A stretch of DNA of 63,645 nucleotides, the filler included, from Reticulomyxa filosa (lineage: Eukaryota; Protista; Foraminifera), in NCBI GenBank assembly GCA_000512085.1. It is 19 parts of 19 records of this genome, joined end to end, with 100 filler letters (N's around TTAATTAATTAA, not from the genome) between each part and the next. Parts side by side here need not be neighbours in the genome. Positions count along the whole stretch, not along the records: positions 49,045 to 55,849 come from ASPP01026889.1; positions 55,950 to 58,485 come from ASPP01014085.1; positions 58,586 to 62,506 come from ASPP01018255.1; positions 62,607 to 63,645 come from ASPP01009575.1; 15 more parts are not named here. One strand, 5' to 3'. The stretch's first letter is position 1; every line of letters starts with the position of its first letter. Shown piece by piece: positions 52,001-63,645 of the stretch. Below the pieces are notes generated by a model. It searched no databases. It saw only the letters and a list, made by a program, of their open reading frames with translations, and had not been told where the DNA came from. Position numbers and translations under genes: made by a program.

Positions 52001-55000
52001 CTGTATGTTTGTCTTCTTGGAGTGGCTCCAATACCGTCAATTGGAGTGAGGATGCTTTATCTCGACGAGGTAAGGTTGAAATATCAAACAAAATGACATC
52101 CAACAATAACGTTTGGATTTTGTCCAATCCCGGGAAATATGGAATTTCAATCTCTTTCGGAGCTTCTTTATCTTTGTCTTTTTCAACAGTTGTTTGCTCA
52201 GGATTGGTGGAACCAGTCTTTGATTCTTGTTGCTTTTTATCTTTATCTTTATCTTTTTCTTTTTCTTCTTTTTCTTTTTGCTTTTGCTTTTCCAAAAGCT
52301 CTTTTTGGGCCTCGGCTTGCTCGACCTCTTGTTGAATGGATTGGTGTATTTGCTGGATGGTCATGTGTTCATACTTGACAAAGTCTTTGTCTTGATGCCA
52401 CTGCGCTCGTTTTTCAAAGACAATTCCAAAGGCTTCCAAATGCACTTTGAGCATTTTGAAAAGGATTTTCAGGGCATACGTGACTCTGGAGGCGTCTTCG
52501 AACGAGGAGGTGGTTTTGAAAATGTGGAAGAAATACTGGATGGAGTGGTGGATTTGATTGAACGTGGCATTGGACAGCTCAAAAGTATACGAGAATAAAT
52601 TGACATAAGGATTGATGACAATGGGTCCATGTCCACACAGATGTTCAAAGTCTGTCTGCAAAATGGCTAAAGGGATCAATTGGAAATATCCCCCCTGATT
52701 GGTTGCTTGATTGTGATAACAGCCAAGCAATGAATGATCGGACATGATCACTCCCACATATTTGACATTGTGTTTGCCGTGATAGGCCTGATCAAATTCA
52801 AATTCAAACAGGTATGAGTCTCCACTTTCCAACTCCGTCACCATGTCTTGGACAAATGCACTACCGTTGGTGTGTTGTTTATGTTTGCGCAGTTTGTCAC
52901 GGAATACCACAAATGGACTATTGCTCATTTGCGTCTTGTCATGTTTGAATCCACCACGGACTGTAAAGCTGCCCATAGTATCACGTCCCACTCCGCGAAT
53001 GCGACCGTTTGAAAAGCGCAATTCGCAGTTTATTTCATTACCTTTGGTCTTTTCCTTTATCAAGTCGTTCATGTCCATTTCCACCCATCCACTTTCATCC
53101 AATTTCGACAACGACACTTTGGCCTTGCTTTTGTCCGTCGCTTTCTTGTCTTTCCCTTCCGTCAATTCGTTTAAGTATTTCGTCAAATTATTTGTTGCTG
53201 TCGTCAACGCCATTGGCTCCGACCACCACCCTTGCCACATTCCATCAGGGATGCGCTTCAGTATCACATACGCTCGCAATCGATGTCGAAACATTTTCAA
53301 AGGCAGTTCCGGGTCTTTTGCTAACAGTGCATTTGTTAAATGTGCGGGCGTCATATACATCTGATTCAAGGCTTCTTCGTTTTCGTTTTCTTTGTTATTG
53401 TTATCATCTTTGTCTTGTTCTTGATTTTGATCTTGATTTTGATCTTGCTCTTGCTCTTGCTCTTGCTCTTGTTGTTGATCTAAAAGGACATCTTTATTGT
53501 TCTCTTCTTTCTCTTTTTTAGACTTTTCAAAATAGACATCAATATCCAAATATTGAGATGACTCCTTTGGTATCAAAAGATCGTCTTCCAATAATTTTTG
53601 CTTGGCCTCTAATTCCTCAACCGCCTTCTCTTTGATCATTATCTTTTCTTTCTCTTTGTCAGGCTCACTGGCAGACTCTTCTTGGTCTTCTGGACGCTCT
53701 TCATTTTCCGTTTCGGTTGCGGAGATGTCTTCGGATGATAAGAACATATCATGCGCTTGCGGTGATTTGCTCTTTTTGGACATTGGCTTTGCAGCCTTTG
53801 TCGGTGGCAGCAATTTGTTATGATAGGGAACACCCACAATCCGACAAAACAAAAACTTGGTTTGTTCGTGAGGGTCAGTTGGATACGCACTCCATTCTTT
53901 TATCAACTCCTTTATTTGGTTTATTTCATTCTCCAGAGCCAGTTTTGCCGAATCCACGGACTCTTCCGTTTTCGCAGGTGGCTGCACTTGTGTCTGTTCA
54001 TTCGCGTCGTTCTTCTTTTCGTCCGACTGATCTTCCACAGTGGTCGTCGCTGGAGAAGCGACGGCAGAGAGAGGAGCCTCGGATTGGATGGTCGAAATCG
54101 CAGATGTCGGTTGTGACGGCAATTCAGAGTCGGTTTGTTTCGTTAGTGCCGAGGCGTCGTTTGTGGTCGGATTGGATTCTGTGAGCGGGACAGACGCCTT
54201 TTCAGTGAGCACCTGCAATTTGGACGTGGCTTCAGGAGAGGACATTGTTGTTTCAACCGAAGTCACAATTTCCGCTAGTAAGGGAAGTTCTGTTGTTGCT
54301 GTTGTTGCTGTTGTTGCTGTTGTTGCTGTTGTTGCTGTTGTTGCTGCTGTTGTTGCTGTTGCTGCTGCTGTTGTTGTTGCTGTTGGTTCGGTGGTGCTGA
54401 CATCAGTAGCAACAGAGGTTGAAGTAGTGATTACATGTGGAATCATGGAAGACGGTGTGGTGACGGACGTATCAGGCTCTTCCTTTTTCACAAGTGGACT
54501 CGTATCCTCTTCTTTCTTCGATGACTTTTTAATTTGTTTGACCTTCTTTGTAGGGTCGCGTTTCTTTTTTGTTCGTCTTTCGTGCACTTTTTTCTGAAGC
54601 TCGTCTCCTAATACCGTCTTGCGCGATTTGGGCCTTTGCAAAGTGCGTAGTCTTTGCTCGAGAAGATGCTTCTTGGCTGTAATGTCCTTAAAGATTTGGG
54701 TCCAATCGAAACCGATGGTGGTGAGTCCCTTTTCCAATTCACGCCAAGTCAGATCGCCACTGTGTTGGGCGTCCATGACTTCAAAGACTTGACGGGCCAA
54801 TTCTTGAGCTGCTGCTTTCCTCGCTTGGTATTCTTCCGAGTCAATTTCCACATTTTCGCTGGCTGCTTGTTCGACAGTCTTGGTTGTCGCTTCCTTTTCT
54901 TCCGTCTTTGCTGGCTCTTGTTTTTGCGAGTCGTGTTGTGGTCTTTCCTTTTGCTTTTTTTTCTTGTGCTTCAGTTCTTCCTCTTGTCGCAGCTGCTCGA

Positions 55001-55849
55001 TCATTCGTTTCTTCGAGTGTTCAACGGCTTCTGCCAAAGGAGGCATTGGATTTGTTATGTTTCTGGAGTTGCAAAAAAAAAAAAAAAAAAAAAAAACATG
55101 AAAGGAAATATTAAGAATATTCAAAAGTAGTAAAGATAAAAAAAAAACAAAAACAAAACAAATGTCTCAAAAGCCTATGAATATTTCCCAACAACAGCAA
55201 GGCGACATCTCTTGGCTGCACAACTTTTTTGTAGGCGAAGGAGTGCAAAATCTTTTCAGAGGATCCCGGTAAGAAGGCATACAAATCGGGGTCAAATATT
55301 TTGTATTCTTCCGAGCTGTACTTGTGCGTTAGCAATGCCATTAATGTCTCACAAATATCTCGCTCTCGCTGCTCTTCTTCCGATATTTTCACGTTCTTTG
55401 GTCTCATCGCTTCTTTGCTTTCTTTTTCATCTCCTTTGGCTTCTTCTTTTTCTTTGTCTTTGTTTGGTTCCGTTACTTTGTCTTTTGGTGGTATTACTAC
55501 TAGTTGTGATTTAGCTTGTTCTGTTGTGGTTGTGGCTGTGGTTGTGGTTGTGGTTGTGGTTGTGGTTGTGGCTGTCTCTGGTGATATTTTGGAAGTCGTT
55601 GCGGTTTGATCGACCGTGGAATCGACATCAGTTTCGGATGAGGCTTCAGACTCAGTGGCTGACATAGACGTGTCGGATGTGTTTCCTCCAGATGAAGACG
55701 ACTCATTGTCACTTTCCACGTCTTGTTTTGCATTTCCACTGGGTGCTTTCGTTTCTTGTTCTTTCTGTGCGTTTTCTTTGCTTGGCTCACTTTGGGATAG
55801 TTCTGTCTTTTCTTCTTGCTTTTGAGATTGTGATTGTGATTGTGATTGT
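49045..55849 (-). CDS. Giant protein (partial at both ends) with EF-hand, beta-rich domain and CUB-like ETSHPY domain; probable HECTD4/ZZEF1/MYCBP2-like E3-ligase scaffold
   Basis: VFEVMDAQHSGDLTWRELEKGL (EF-hand); ETSHPY..VTFPHADSIRLTFDPRCST..D.LQVF..WP...RWGFR; introns ~51150-51234 and ~55070-55185; no HECT/RING seen in this fragment. Confidence 0.7.
54289..54385 (-). repeat. Coding 9-bp minisatellite (ACAACAGCA)n encoding Thr-Thr-Ala repeats
   Basis: Read directly from sequence. Confidence 0.85.
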
Positions 55850-55949
55850 NNNNNNNNNNNNNNNNNNNNNNNNNNNNNNNNNNNNNNNNNNNNTTAATTA
55901 ATTAANNNNNNNNNNNNNNNNNNNNNNNNNNNNNNNNNNNNNNNNNNNN

Positions 55950-56614
55950 AAAAAAAAAAAAAAATTTTTGTATATCACATTATACATGTACAAAACTTGT
56001 TTCATTTTGCGCGCAAAAATGGATAACAAAACAAGAGAAACGATAATATCATAGACTGGGATCAATGCCACAGCAATAAACCCTTGCGTAGAATAACTTG
56101 CGGCGGTGCACAAACGAACCTTTAAGTGTGTCGTTTCAAAAATCTGCACTTTCACGCTGACCAAAAAGAACACCTGCAATACCACATACATCATTATGAT
56201 CACGATGCTCAATATCCTCAGCAAGATTAGGTTCATTTGATACACACTTCGTGAAAATACATTTAAACGCGTTTTCAGCAACAAATATAAACTACACTTA
56301 CTCAAACCGTACCATACAAAATATATATTGTAACCAACTATACAGGGGGAGCTGCTTTCGCTTGCAAATTTCACTGGAAATATCCAATCTGTTCTCCATG
56401 TCCATGCACCCAAACACACACAAAACCCACACATTATCGACATCACACAAAATCCGTGCATTTTTCCGAATGGCGATGTTTTCGATCTCCAAGCCAAGTA
56501 AGTTCTAACTAGTAGCCACACGTGTATACATGTCCCTATTAACCCTGATATCACCATTCCCAATACAGGCCAATCCTCCCAATGCCCAACATTTGACCCT
56601 TCAGAAGAGGACAT
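55950..56614 (-). CDS. 7TM GPCR-like receptor (3' truncated)
   Basis: Five TM helices visible; Cys at the top of TM3 (PCIVGY..), Arg at the TM3 end (KTRL), ECL2 Cys (RLC), TM5 Pro/Asp. Confidence 0.7.
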
Positions 56615-57175
56615 TATTTCTTTTTCTTAAATTTAAAAGTGTGTTCGTTGTTTTTCTGTAAAAAAAAAAAGTCTCTTCTTGGGACTGGCGAATACTCACT
56701 AACGTATTCATATAACAATGTAGAATGAATTATGAATTTTGCTTTCAGGTGATTATGAATAGTTTTGATTATGAATCAATAAAAAAAATTCTCGTAAAAA
56801 ATTAATAAAGAGTGATGGAGGAAAAAAAAAAAGAAAAAATGATTCAGAAAGTTCTATTGATTTTCCTAAATGAAGTACATAAATTAGGTATGTGTAATGT
56901 TTTTTTCAGGAATATTGATGAGTTGCTGTTACCAGCTATGATTGAGAGGAAAAGGAACAAACACAAAAATCTATACACAACAAAGGACCTCACCTTAGTG
57001 AACATGCTCATACAATAAATTGGTTAAAGGTCATTTTTTTTAATGGGTCATATTTGTTTTGTTTCTTTATATCGAAATGAATAGTGTTGATGGACAGGGA
57101 TGGACGTGTTGCATTTGAGTTGAATTTGTTATATTTGAATTTGAAAAAAATGTTTTAAAAAAGTGAAGTGGAATA

Positions 57176-58400
57176 TTAGTCGAAAAATTCTTTGTCCTCC
57201 CCGTCTTGTACTTTCAAGGATTGGGCTCTAGCTTGTTCTTTGTGATGTTCAAAAATATTTTGGACAGTCTTGTTACGGAAGTGAACGGGGATGGAGTTAT
57301 TTAAATCATCATTTTCATCTTTGACGGAGTTGGTAGTGTGCACCATATTTGAGCGCGAGGGTTTTCGCAGCATTTGTGGTTCCAAGTTTTTGAATTTTAT
57401 ATAATCACAGCACAGCCAAGATTTGAGTTTGTGCATTGCCGATTTGCAGCGAAACGCGACATATTGTGGACAAGTTTTGATTTCGCTGACTTCACCGTCA
57501 TCAAATTGGTACGTTGCCAATGATATCAAGTCTTGGTGGATTCGCAAATCACTTATTCCTTTATTTTCATCATACATTTCCTTCAGTGATATTTTCCCGC
57601 TTTTGCTGTCAGCACGTTCTTCAAAGGCCACTGTGCATGCAACATATTTAAGTGGATGTGTATACGTATCGGCAAAATTTTTTTTTTTTTACGTATAAAA
57701 TATATATATATATGTATAATTATTATACATGGATCAATTAAGATTTTGAATGGAAGCCAACTAATGAGCAGTTGTTTGGTATTATCTTTATCTTCAATTT
57801 TCAGTAGCACTTCATCAGAGTCCATCCACAATTTCTAAGAAAGAGAGGGGGAGGAAGATTTTTAAAAATATATATATGCATATACACATAATTTTTTTTT
57901 CCTCAAAACTTTTCGTTATGGCTGTTTCTCTCCCCCCCCCTTCTCCATACGTATACACACACACAAAAAAAATAAAAAATAAAAAAATTAGACTTTCGAC
58001 TCGAGACGTCGCTTCCACGCAGCATAGATGAAAAACACCAAATGAAAGGTGATCCACAAGACATCGAACAAAACCCCCATGATGAAATCAAAGTTGTGAT
58101 GAAGTTTTCGACGGAACCAATGGACGCGGTCGATGTCGCCAAAGACGGCGGACTCCACCACCACCAAGGAGACAAAGAGAAAGCTGCCCAGAATGTAGCG
58201 ATGCAAGATGGTGAGATACGGGATTTTCGGCAGTTGTTCGTACACGACGTATTGCAGCGCGACCTGCGCTAACACCAAAGTCGTCGCGTAATTCAGCCGA
58301 CTTCCCAAATAATTGCCATCCATTACAAAGCACATTAGCGACATCAAATTGATGAACATGAAATAGAATACAATTTGCCAAAAATATACGCTCCATTCTT
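57176..58400 (-). CDS. Pentameric ligand-gated ion channel subunit: TM domain plus long post-M4 extension (5' truncated, multi-exon)
   Basis: M1 YFWQIV..LMSLMCFVM, M2 SRLNYATTLVLAQVALQYVV, M2-M3 loop LPKIPYLTILHRY, M3, short M3-M4 loop, M4. Confidence 0.82.
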
Positions 58401-58407
58401 TCATCAT

Positions 58408-58438
<31 letters not shown>

Positions 58439-58585
58439 GCATATATGTATAATATTGTATATTATCAAAAAAAAAAAAAAAAAACNNNNNNNNNNNNNNN
58501 NNNNNNNNNNNNNNNNNNNNNNNNNNNNNTTAATTAATTAANNNNNNNNNNNNNNNNNNNNNNNNNNNNNNNNNNNNNNNNNNNN

Positions 58586-58592
58586 ATATACA

Positions 58593-58633
<41 letters not shown>

Positions 58634-60669
58634 TCATGTATATGTCCTCTCTTATGTTTGTGTATGCATGTGTGTGTGTGACAACGAAACTGATTCATTT
58701 TGTGACTCAAAATTTTTAAGCTGGACTTCCAAACGAGCATTGAGTTGAGAAAGTGAATCGCATTTTACTTTGGCCTCATCCAACTTTGTTTCCATCGAAC
58801 GCAAGTTTTCTTTCAGCTCTTGCACTTCTTTGCCTTTTTGTTGCAAATGCGATTCCAAGTGTTCCAACTTGGTGTCGCGGAGCGATACCTCATTGCGCAG
58901 ATTTTGTTCTGCCAGTGAAGTCTCCCATTTCCTGTTCAAAGTCATACACATATACATATATGTAAGTAAATATGTATGTATGTATATATGTAATGAATTT
59001 GGAAGTCCTTGCCAAAGTGTTTATCATGTTGTTGTTGTTATTGTTGTGTTGTTGTTGTTGTTGTTACATTTGATCCAAGCGTGAGTGATCTTTTGACAAC
59101 TCTTGCTGCAATGAAGCATTTTTATCTCTCAATTCATCAATCTGCTGTTTCCATGTTTGCTCAGTCAGCAGATCAGTTGTGTTGGGTCGATTGTCCCGGT
59201 TTGCAAAAGGTGAGTGTTCATTCGGCGATTCGTTTAACTGGTGATTCATTTTCAGTTGGTTGGACAATTGTTCAGTGAAACGTTCTAACTCTTCTTTTTG
59301 CTGAACCAGCAACTTCATTTCATTTTTTAGGCTATTTTCAAAAACAAAACAAAACAAAACAAAAATTAATAATGATGATAATAGCGATCATGATAGTTTT
59401 ATTCATTAGCAATGTGTCATTGTTTGCATAGCAAAGCCAAACCTGTCACATTTGTTTTTCAAAAAAAGCTTTTCGTCGTTTGCAAGTGCGAGCTTCATTT
59501 CGTAGTCTTTGTACACTTTGGATTGATTTTCTTGTAAATGGTGAAGGCGTTCGGCCATTTCATTCAAACGCTTTTCCGAGTCCATACTCGCCTCTTCGGC
59601 CAGTTTATTGTTGTGTTCTTCCAACAATCGAATGTCTGCCCGTAATTTGTCGTTTTCGGATTTCAACACGGTCACTTCAATGTTGTTTTTATTGTCGGAC
59701 TGATTGATCAATGTATTTAATTGTTGTTGGTAATGCGCGATTGTTTGTTGATGCTCAACGCACTCTTTTTTCCAATCGCCTTTTTCTGTTGCCATTTGGA
59801 CCAACTGTTCCGATATGTTTCTCGACTTCATTACATATTCATCCAACTCTTTTATACTGTTGCCCTTCACCTTCACCCGATTTAAAAGTGCGGCCATCAC
59901 CTTTTGCATGTTTACCAAAAACATTTGTGTTCCAATGTCCAATAACACCGACCGTTTTTTTTTTTCAACCCAAAAAAAAAAAAAAAAAAAATGTATACGT
60001 AACTATAAATACAAATATAAACATAATGACAATCATATTTATTTATATGTGTGTAAAGTTCAAACAAAACTTGATTGTTTTCAAAAGGTTTTTCTCGCAA
60101 TAGTTTTAATTCACATTCAACCTCCGACAACTTGGCTTGAATAATTTGCTTATTTTTGATTTCTTGTTCCAGCGCTTGAGATAACGTTTTACAATTTTCG
60201 GACAATCGGTGGTTTATTGTTCTTAATTCGTTTTCGACTATAGATTGTTGCGATTGAGTTGTTTGATTGGTTGTCGTCTCTTGCTCCAAGGCATGAGACA
60301 TTGTTTTGCAGTTTTCCGACAAGCGTTGATTCACTGCTCTCAATTTGCTATTTTCTTCTCGCAATTTTGTTTTGTCTTCTTCTGCCTTTTGTTTTTATTT
60401 TTATTTTTTAAGTGCTTCTTTTTCAACATTTTTTGAACTCACTCTCCAATTTCAATCATTTTCTATGCTTCAATAATACACAAAATAACTGTATTAAAAA
60501 GATCAACATAGGTCTTCAGATCATGAGCGTATTCAGCAGTCTCTGTTTCTGCTACTTTTAGTAGTTGTGCCTGCAAATTTTGTTTAAAGACGTCTTTTTT
60601 TTTCATTTCATCTTCTAGCTCTCTTATGCGAGCATTCAAGAGACTGGAATTATTTTCTTTGTTATCCAT
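58586..60669 (-). CDS. Long coiled-coil protein, multi-exon, 3' truncated
   Basis: Successive minus-strand ORFs with E/K/Q/L heptads separated by AT-rich introns. Confidence 0.7.
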
Positions 60670-61390
60670 GGCCTCTACAAATTAACACCCACTGATTACT
60701 GCAACTTAGCGGTAAATCTTGGGGGAAAAAAATATATTAAAAATCCTTTGTTTTTGTTGCTTTGAGTACAAGAAACCAACGTCACTCAAGTTTAATTAAT
60801 ACCAATTTCAAATGCCTTGCATATAAAATATATGTAGAAACTGAACAGAAAAAGAACTAAAGCCTAGGACATAAATTTTTCGTGGAGAGAAAGTTTCCAA
60901 AATTATTTGATGATTTATGCATGATGGATTGTAAAACAAAAATGAAGATTTCAAGGAGTACTTTATATATGCTGAAGCGTTTTTCAGCCTGTTCGAAACA
61001 AAATTTTTAAAAAATTTTGAATTATTCCTTATCAAACTCAGCAAACTACATTTCAAATTTTTAAAAGCAAAAACAGCAGGTGCTAAGACAATGCATTTTA
61101 GTTTTTTGTAAAAGCAAGAAATAGGACAGATAGCTCTTTTTTTTATTTACAGAGCTGTTTTCTAGAAAAAAGTATTCAAAAATTATCTAATGCACGTTAA
61201 CATCCATATATTGCACATTGAATGTATTTCCGTGTCATGCTGGCTTTACTTGATGAGGAAAAAACACACAAATACAACAACGAACTGTATCCACAATGAA
61301 AAATCAACAAAAGACCAACCAAAGCAAAAGTAGTGATATTGGGAAAAAACCCAATAAGGCGCACGATATTTTGTGAAGAAAAAATCGAAG

Positions 61391-62383
61391 TCATTTGGCC
61401 GAAGGTTTGAGCATTGTAAAAGAACATTTCAAGTTCTCGTCTACAGACATAACACTACCACAATTATCAAATTCACCACAATAATTGGGAGCCGAAAAGA
61501 TAGTGACCAGTTTACGTCCAGCAAAAAACTCATATCCATCTTCAACAACCTGATGCGCACGACAGACTAAATCAACTTTAAATCCTTTGCAAAACGAATC
61601 AACCACATCGGGGCCAAATATATACGAAACCCCACGCTCCGACTCTGCCCATCCTACTATTTGTTCCGGATCGGCCCATAATAAATCGCATAGTAACCCT
61701 ATTTTTTTTTAATAGTCACATTTGCATTTTTTTTTTTTTTTTTTGAAGAGTCAATAAAAATGTTTTGACTTAAGTAGGAAAAAATAAATAAACAAATGAA
61801 AAACATTTCATTGATACCAGTATCTGGGACCCCTGTAGGTCGGTGCAATTTTTTGATTTGTTCAAAATTTTTAAGTTCTGGTGATAGCCCCCCGTGCCTT
61901 TTTTTAATATATACATATGCATTACATGTTGAGAGGGGGGAGGGGGAGGGTTATACATGAATCGGAGTTAATCGGGATGCGAATCAAATTCGCACAAACG
62001 AAAAAAAAGTAATTTGTTCATATTTGGGGACAAACACCAGGATAGGGAGAGAGAAAGATGGAAAAATAAAACAAAACAAAACAAAACAAAACAAAACATG
62101 GTAAATATTTTGTCGGCAACAATTGCAGCAACAGGTAGACAGTTGAAACAGTCAGTAAATCTTTTCCACAAACGAGGTGTGTATCGACGCTTGCATTCAT
62201 CATAAAAGCCATAAATTCTGTTGATAGAAGCACATTCATGATTCCCACGGAGAATAAAAAAATTTTCGGGATATCGAATTTTGTATGCCAACAACAAACA
62301 AATTGATTCTATACTTTGCTTCCCTCTGTCAACATAGTCCCCTAAAAATAGATAATTCGCACTTATGTGTTTGCCTGGGTACC
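61391..62383 (-). CDS. PP1: Serine/threonine protein phosphatase PP1 catalytic subunit (5' truncated, introns ~61897-62097 and ~61700-61816)
   Basis: [80 protein letters not shown]. Confidence 0.95.
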
Positions 62384-62626
62384 CTGTTAAAAAAAAAAAA
62401 AAAAAAAAAATCAATAGCAGTTAATTTTTGTACTTCTTTCAATACACGTATCTGTCTGCAAGTTTGTGATGTTTTTAACCCCTTTTTTTTTTTTTTTTTT
62501 TTTTTTNNNNNNNNNNNNNNNNNNNNNNNNNNNNNNNNNNNNNNNNNNNNTTAATTAATTAANNNNNNNNNNNNNNNNNNNNNNNNNNNNNNNNNNNNNN
62601 NNNNNNATATATACATATATGTACAT

Positions 62627-62686
62627 ATATATATATGTACATATATATATATGTACATATATATATATGTACATATATGTATATGT
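62627..62686. repeat. AT-rich intronic tandem repeat (GTACATATATATAT-like units)
   Basis: Read directly from sequence. Confidence 0.8.
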
Positions 62687-62751
62687 ATAATTTATTTATA
62701 AACGTATACGTATTTTCCGATTTGTTTAACGTATACTACATTACTCTTTAG

Positions 62752-63645
62752 TTATGTCTATGCAATGATTCTAATGCATTGTGGTGTAAACTCGCTGGTG
62801 TTCATTTGGGGAATTGTCGCACTCGACTTGGGCTTGAGCGAGGTAGCGTTTGGCTTTGTGTGGCTGTTTCGACAAATGTGCTCGGCGGTGTCCAGCATAC
62901 TGTTGCCGTACTTGGCGGATAATCGCAAGTGGGGGTTTGACACGATGATGTTGGTGTGCAGTTCAATGACGGGACTATTCTTGCTATTGTTGGCAGTGTC
63001 GCAATTGTTGCAGCATCGTAGTTACTTAGCGTCACAGCTGCTGTTTGTGATTTGCTTTGGAGGACTGGGACTGTTCGGTTCGACGAGTGTGCTGGCCAGT
63101 CGTTTGTCCAGCAAAATATTGGACCGCGAAAATGCGCTGGACTATCACGCGTATATCGAAGTGAGCGAACTCTTGCCTTACACTGTCGGAGTGTCCGTAG
63201 TCGGAGCTATGGTTACGTATCTGAATACGTACTACTACCCCTTTTTTGCATGTTTGCTCATGGTGATCTTGTCCTTCTGCTTCACTTTGATCTGGGTTCG
63301 TCCGTCTTGGAAAGACTTTAACGACATCAGTGATCACACCACTCGCCATATCGAAATGACGAGCATGAATGTCAATATTTATATGACCAACGAATTGGAC
63401 CTGTTCCAGCCCTTTGATGCCGAAAAGGCCAAGTCGGTGGATCTGCTGTCGCCCCATTTGGATCGCATCTTGTCCAATCCCACGTTACCGTTTCCAAAAG
63501 AAAATGAACGTCAAACAAGTGGTGAGCCTGGCTCCCTTGGCAGCAGCAATCGTCCTCATGGATTTTCGATCAATCGCGAAGTCAGTGGAGGAGGAGGAGG
63601 AGGAGGAGGTATGGTTGATCAAAATCGAAGAAAACCAAAGCAAAA
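62752..63645 (+). CDS. MFS-type transporter exon (6 TM helices plus cytoplasmic loop), open to window end; absent from the ORF track
   Basis: After the TTTAG acceptor: YVYAMILMHCGVNSLVFIWGIVALDLGLSEVAFGFVWLFRQMCSAVSSILLPYLADNRKWGFD... (motif-A-like LADNRKWG), no stop before 63645. Confidence 0.7.

Noticed and set aside
7357-62606. Regularly recurring TTAATTAATTAA motif resembling a repeat array
   Set aside because: Always flanked by 44 N on each side, so it is an artificial concatenation linker. Adjacency across it has no biological meaning, and ORFs ending in XXX-LIN are artefacts.

Overview
This is not one continuous locus. It consists of 19 short eukaryotic contigs joined by 18 artificial 100-nt spacers (44 N + TTAATTAATTAA + 44 N). 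The DNA is AT-rich, with short GT-AG introns full of homopolymers and (TA)n. It also carries an EF-like (EFL) factor, divergent alpha-tubulin and actin, and many WD40 paralogs. Together these point to a rhizarian/foraminiferan draft genome, probably Reticulomyxa-like (inference). Recognisable genes: BRR2/SNRNP200 helicase, an HMG-box protein, a DONSON homolog, SCYL2-like pseudokinase, a UBA protein, Y14/RBM8A, a tandem CAP-Gly protein, a SAM protein, a giant EF-hand/CUB-like (HECTD4/ZZEF1-like) protein, a 7TM GPCR-like protein, a pentameric ligand-gated ion channel, PP1 catalytic subunit and an MFS transporter. Decayed copies of actin, alpha-tubulin, EFL and WD40 genes are present, as is a LINE reverse-transcriptase remnant. 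The most striking unexplained element is a ~310-nt non-coding island (32022-32335). It folds into a nested multi-helix structure whose wobble pairs favour the minus strand, making it a candidate novel structured RNA. Other points of interest are a head-to-head inverted paralog pair, a Tc1/mariner-like end shared by two contigs, and a short repeat array with inverted ends.
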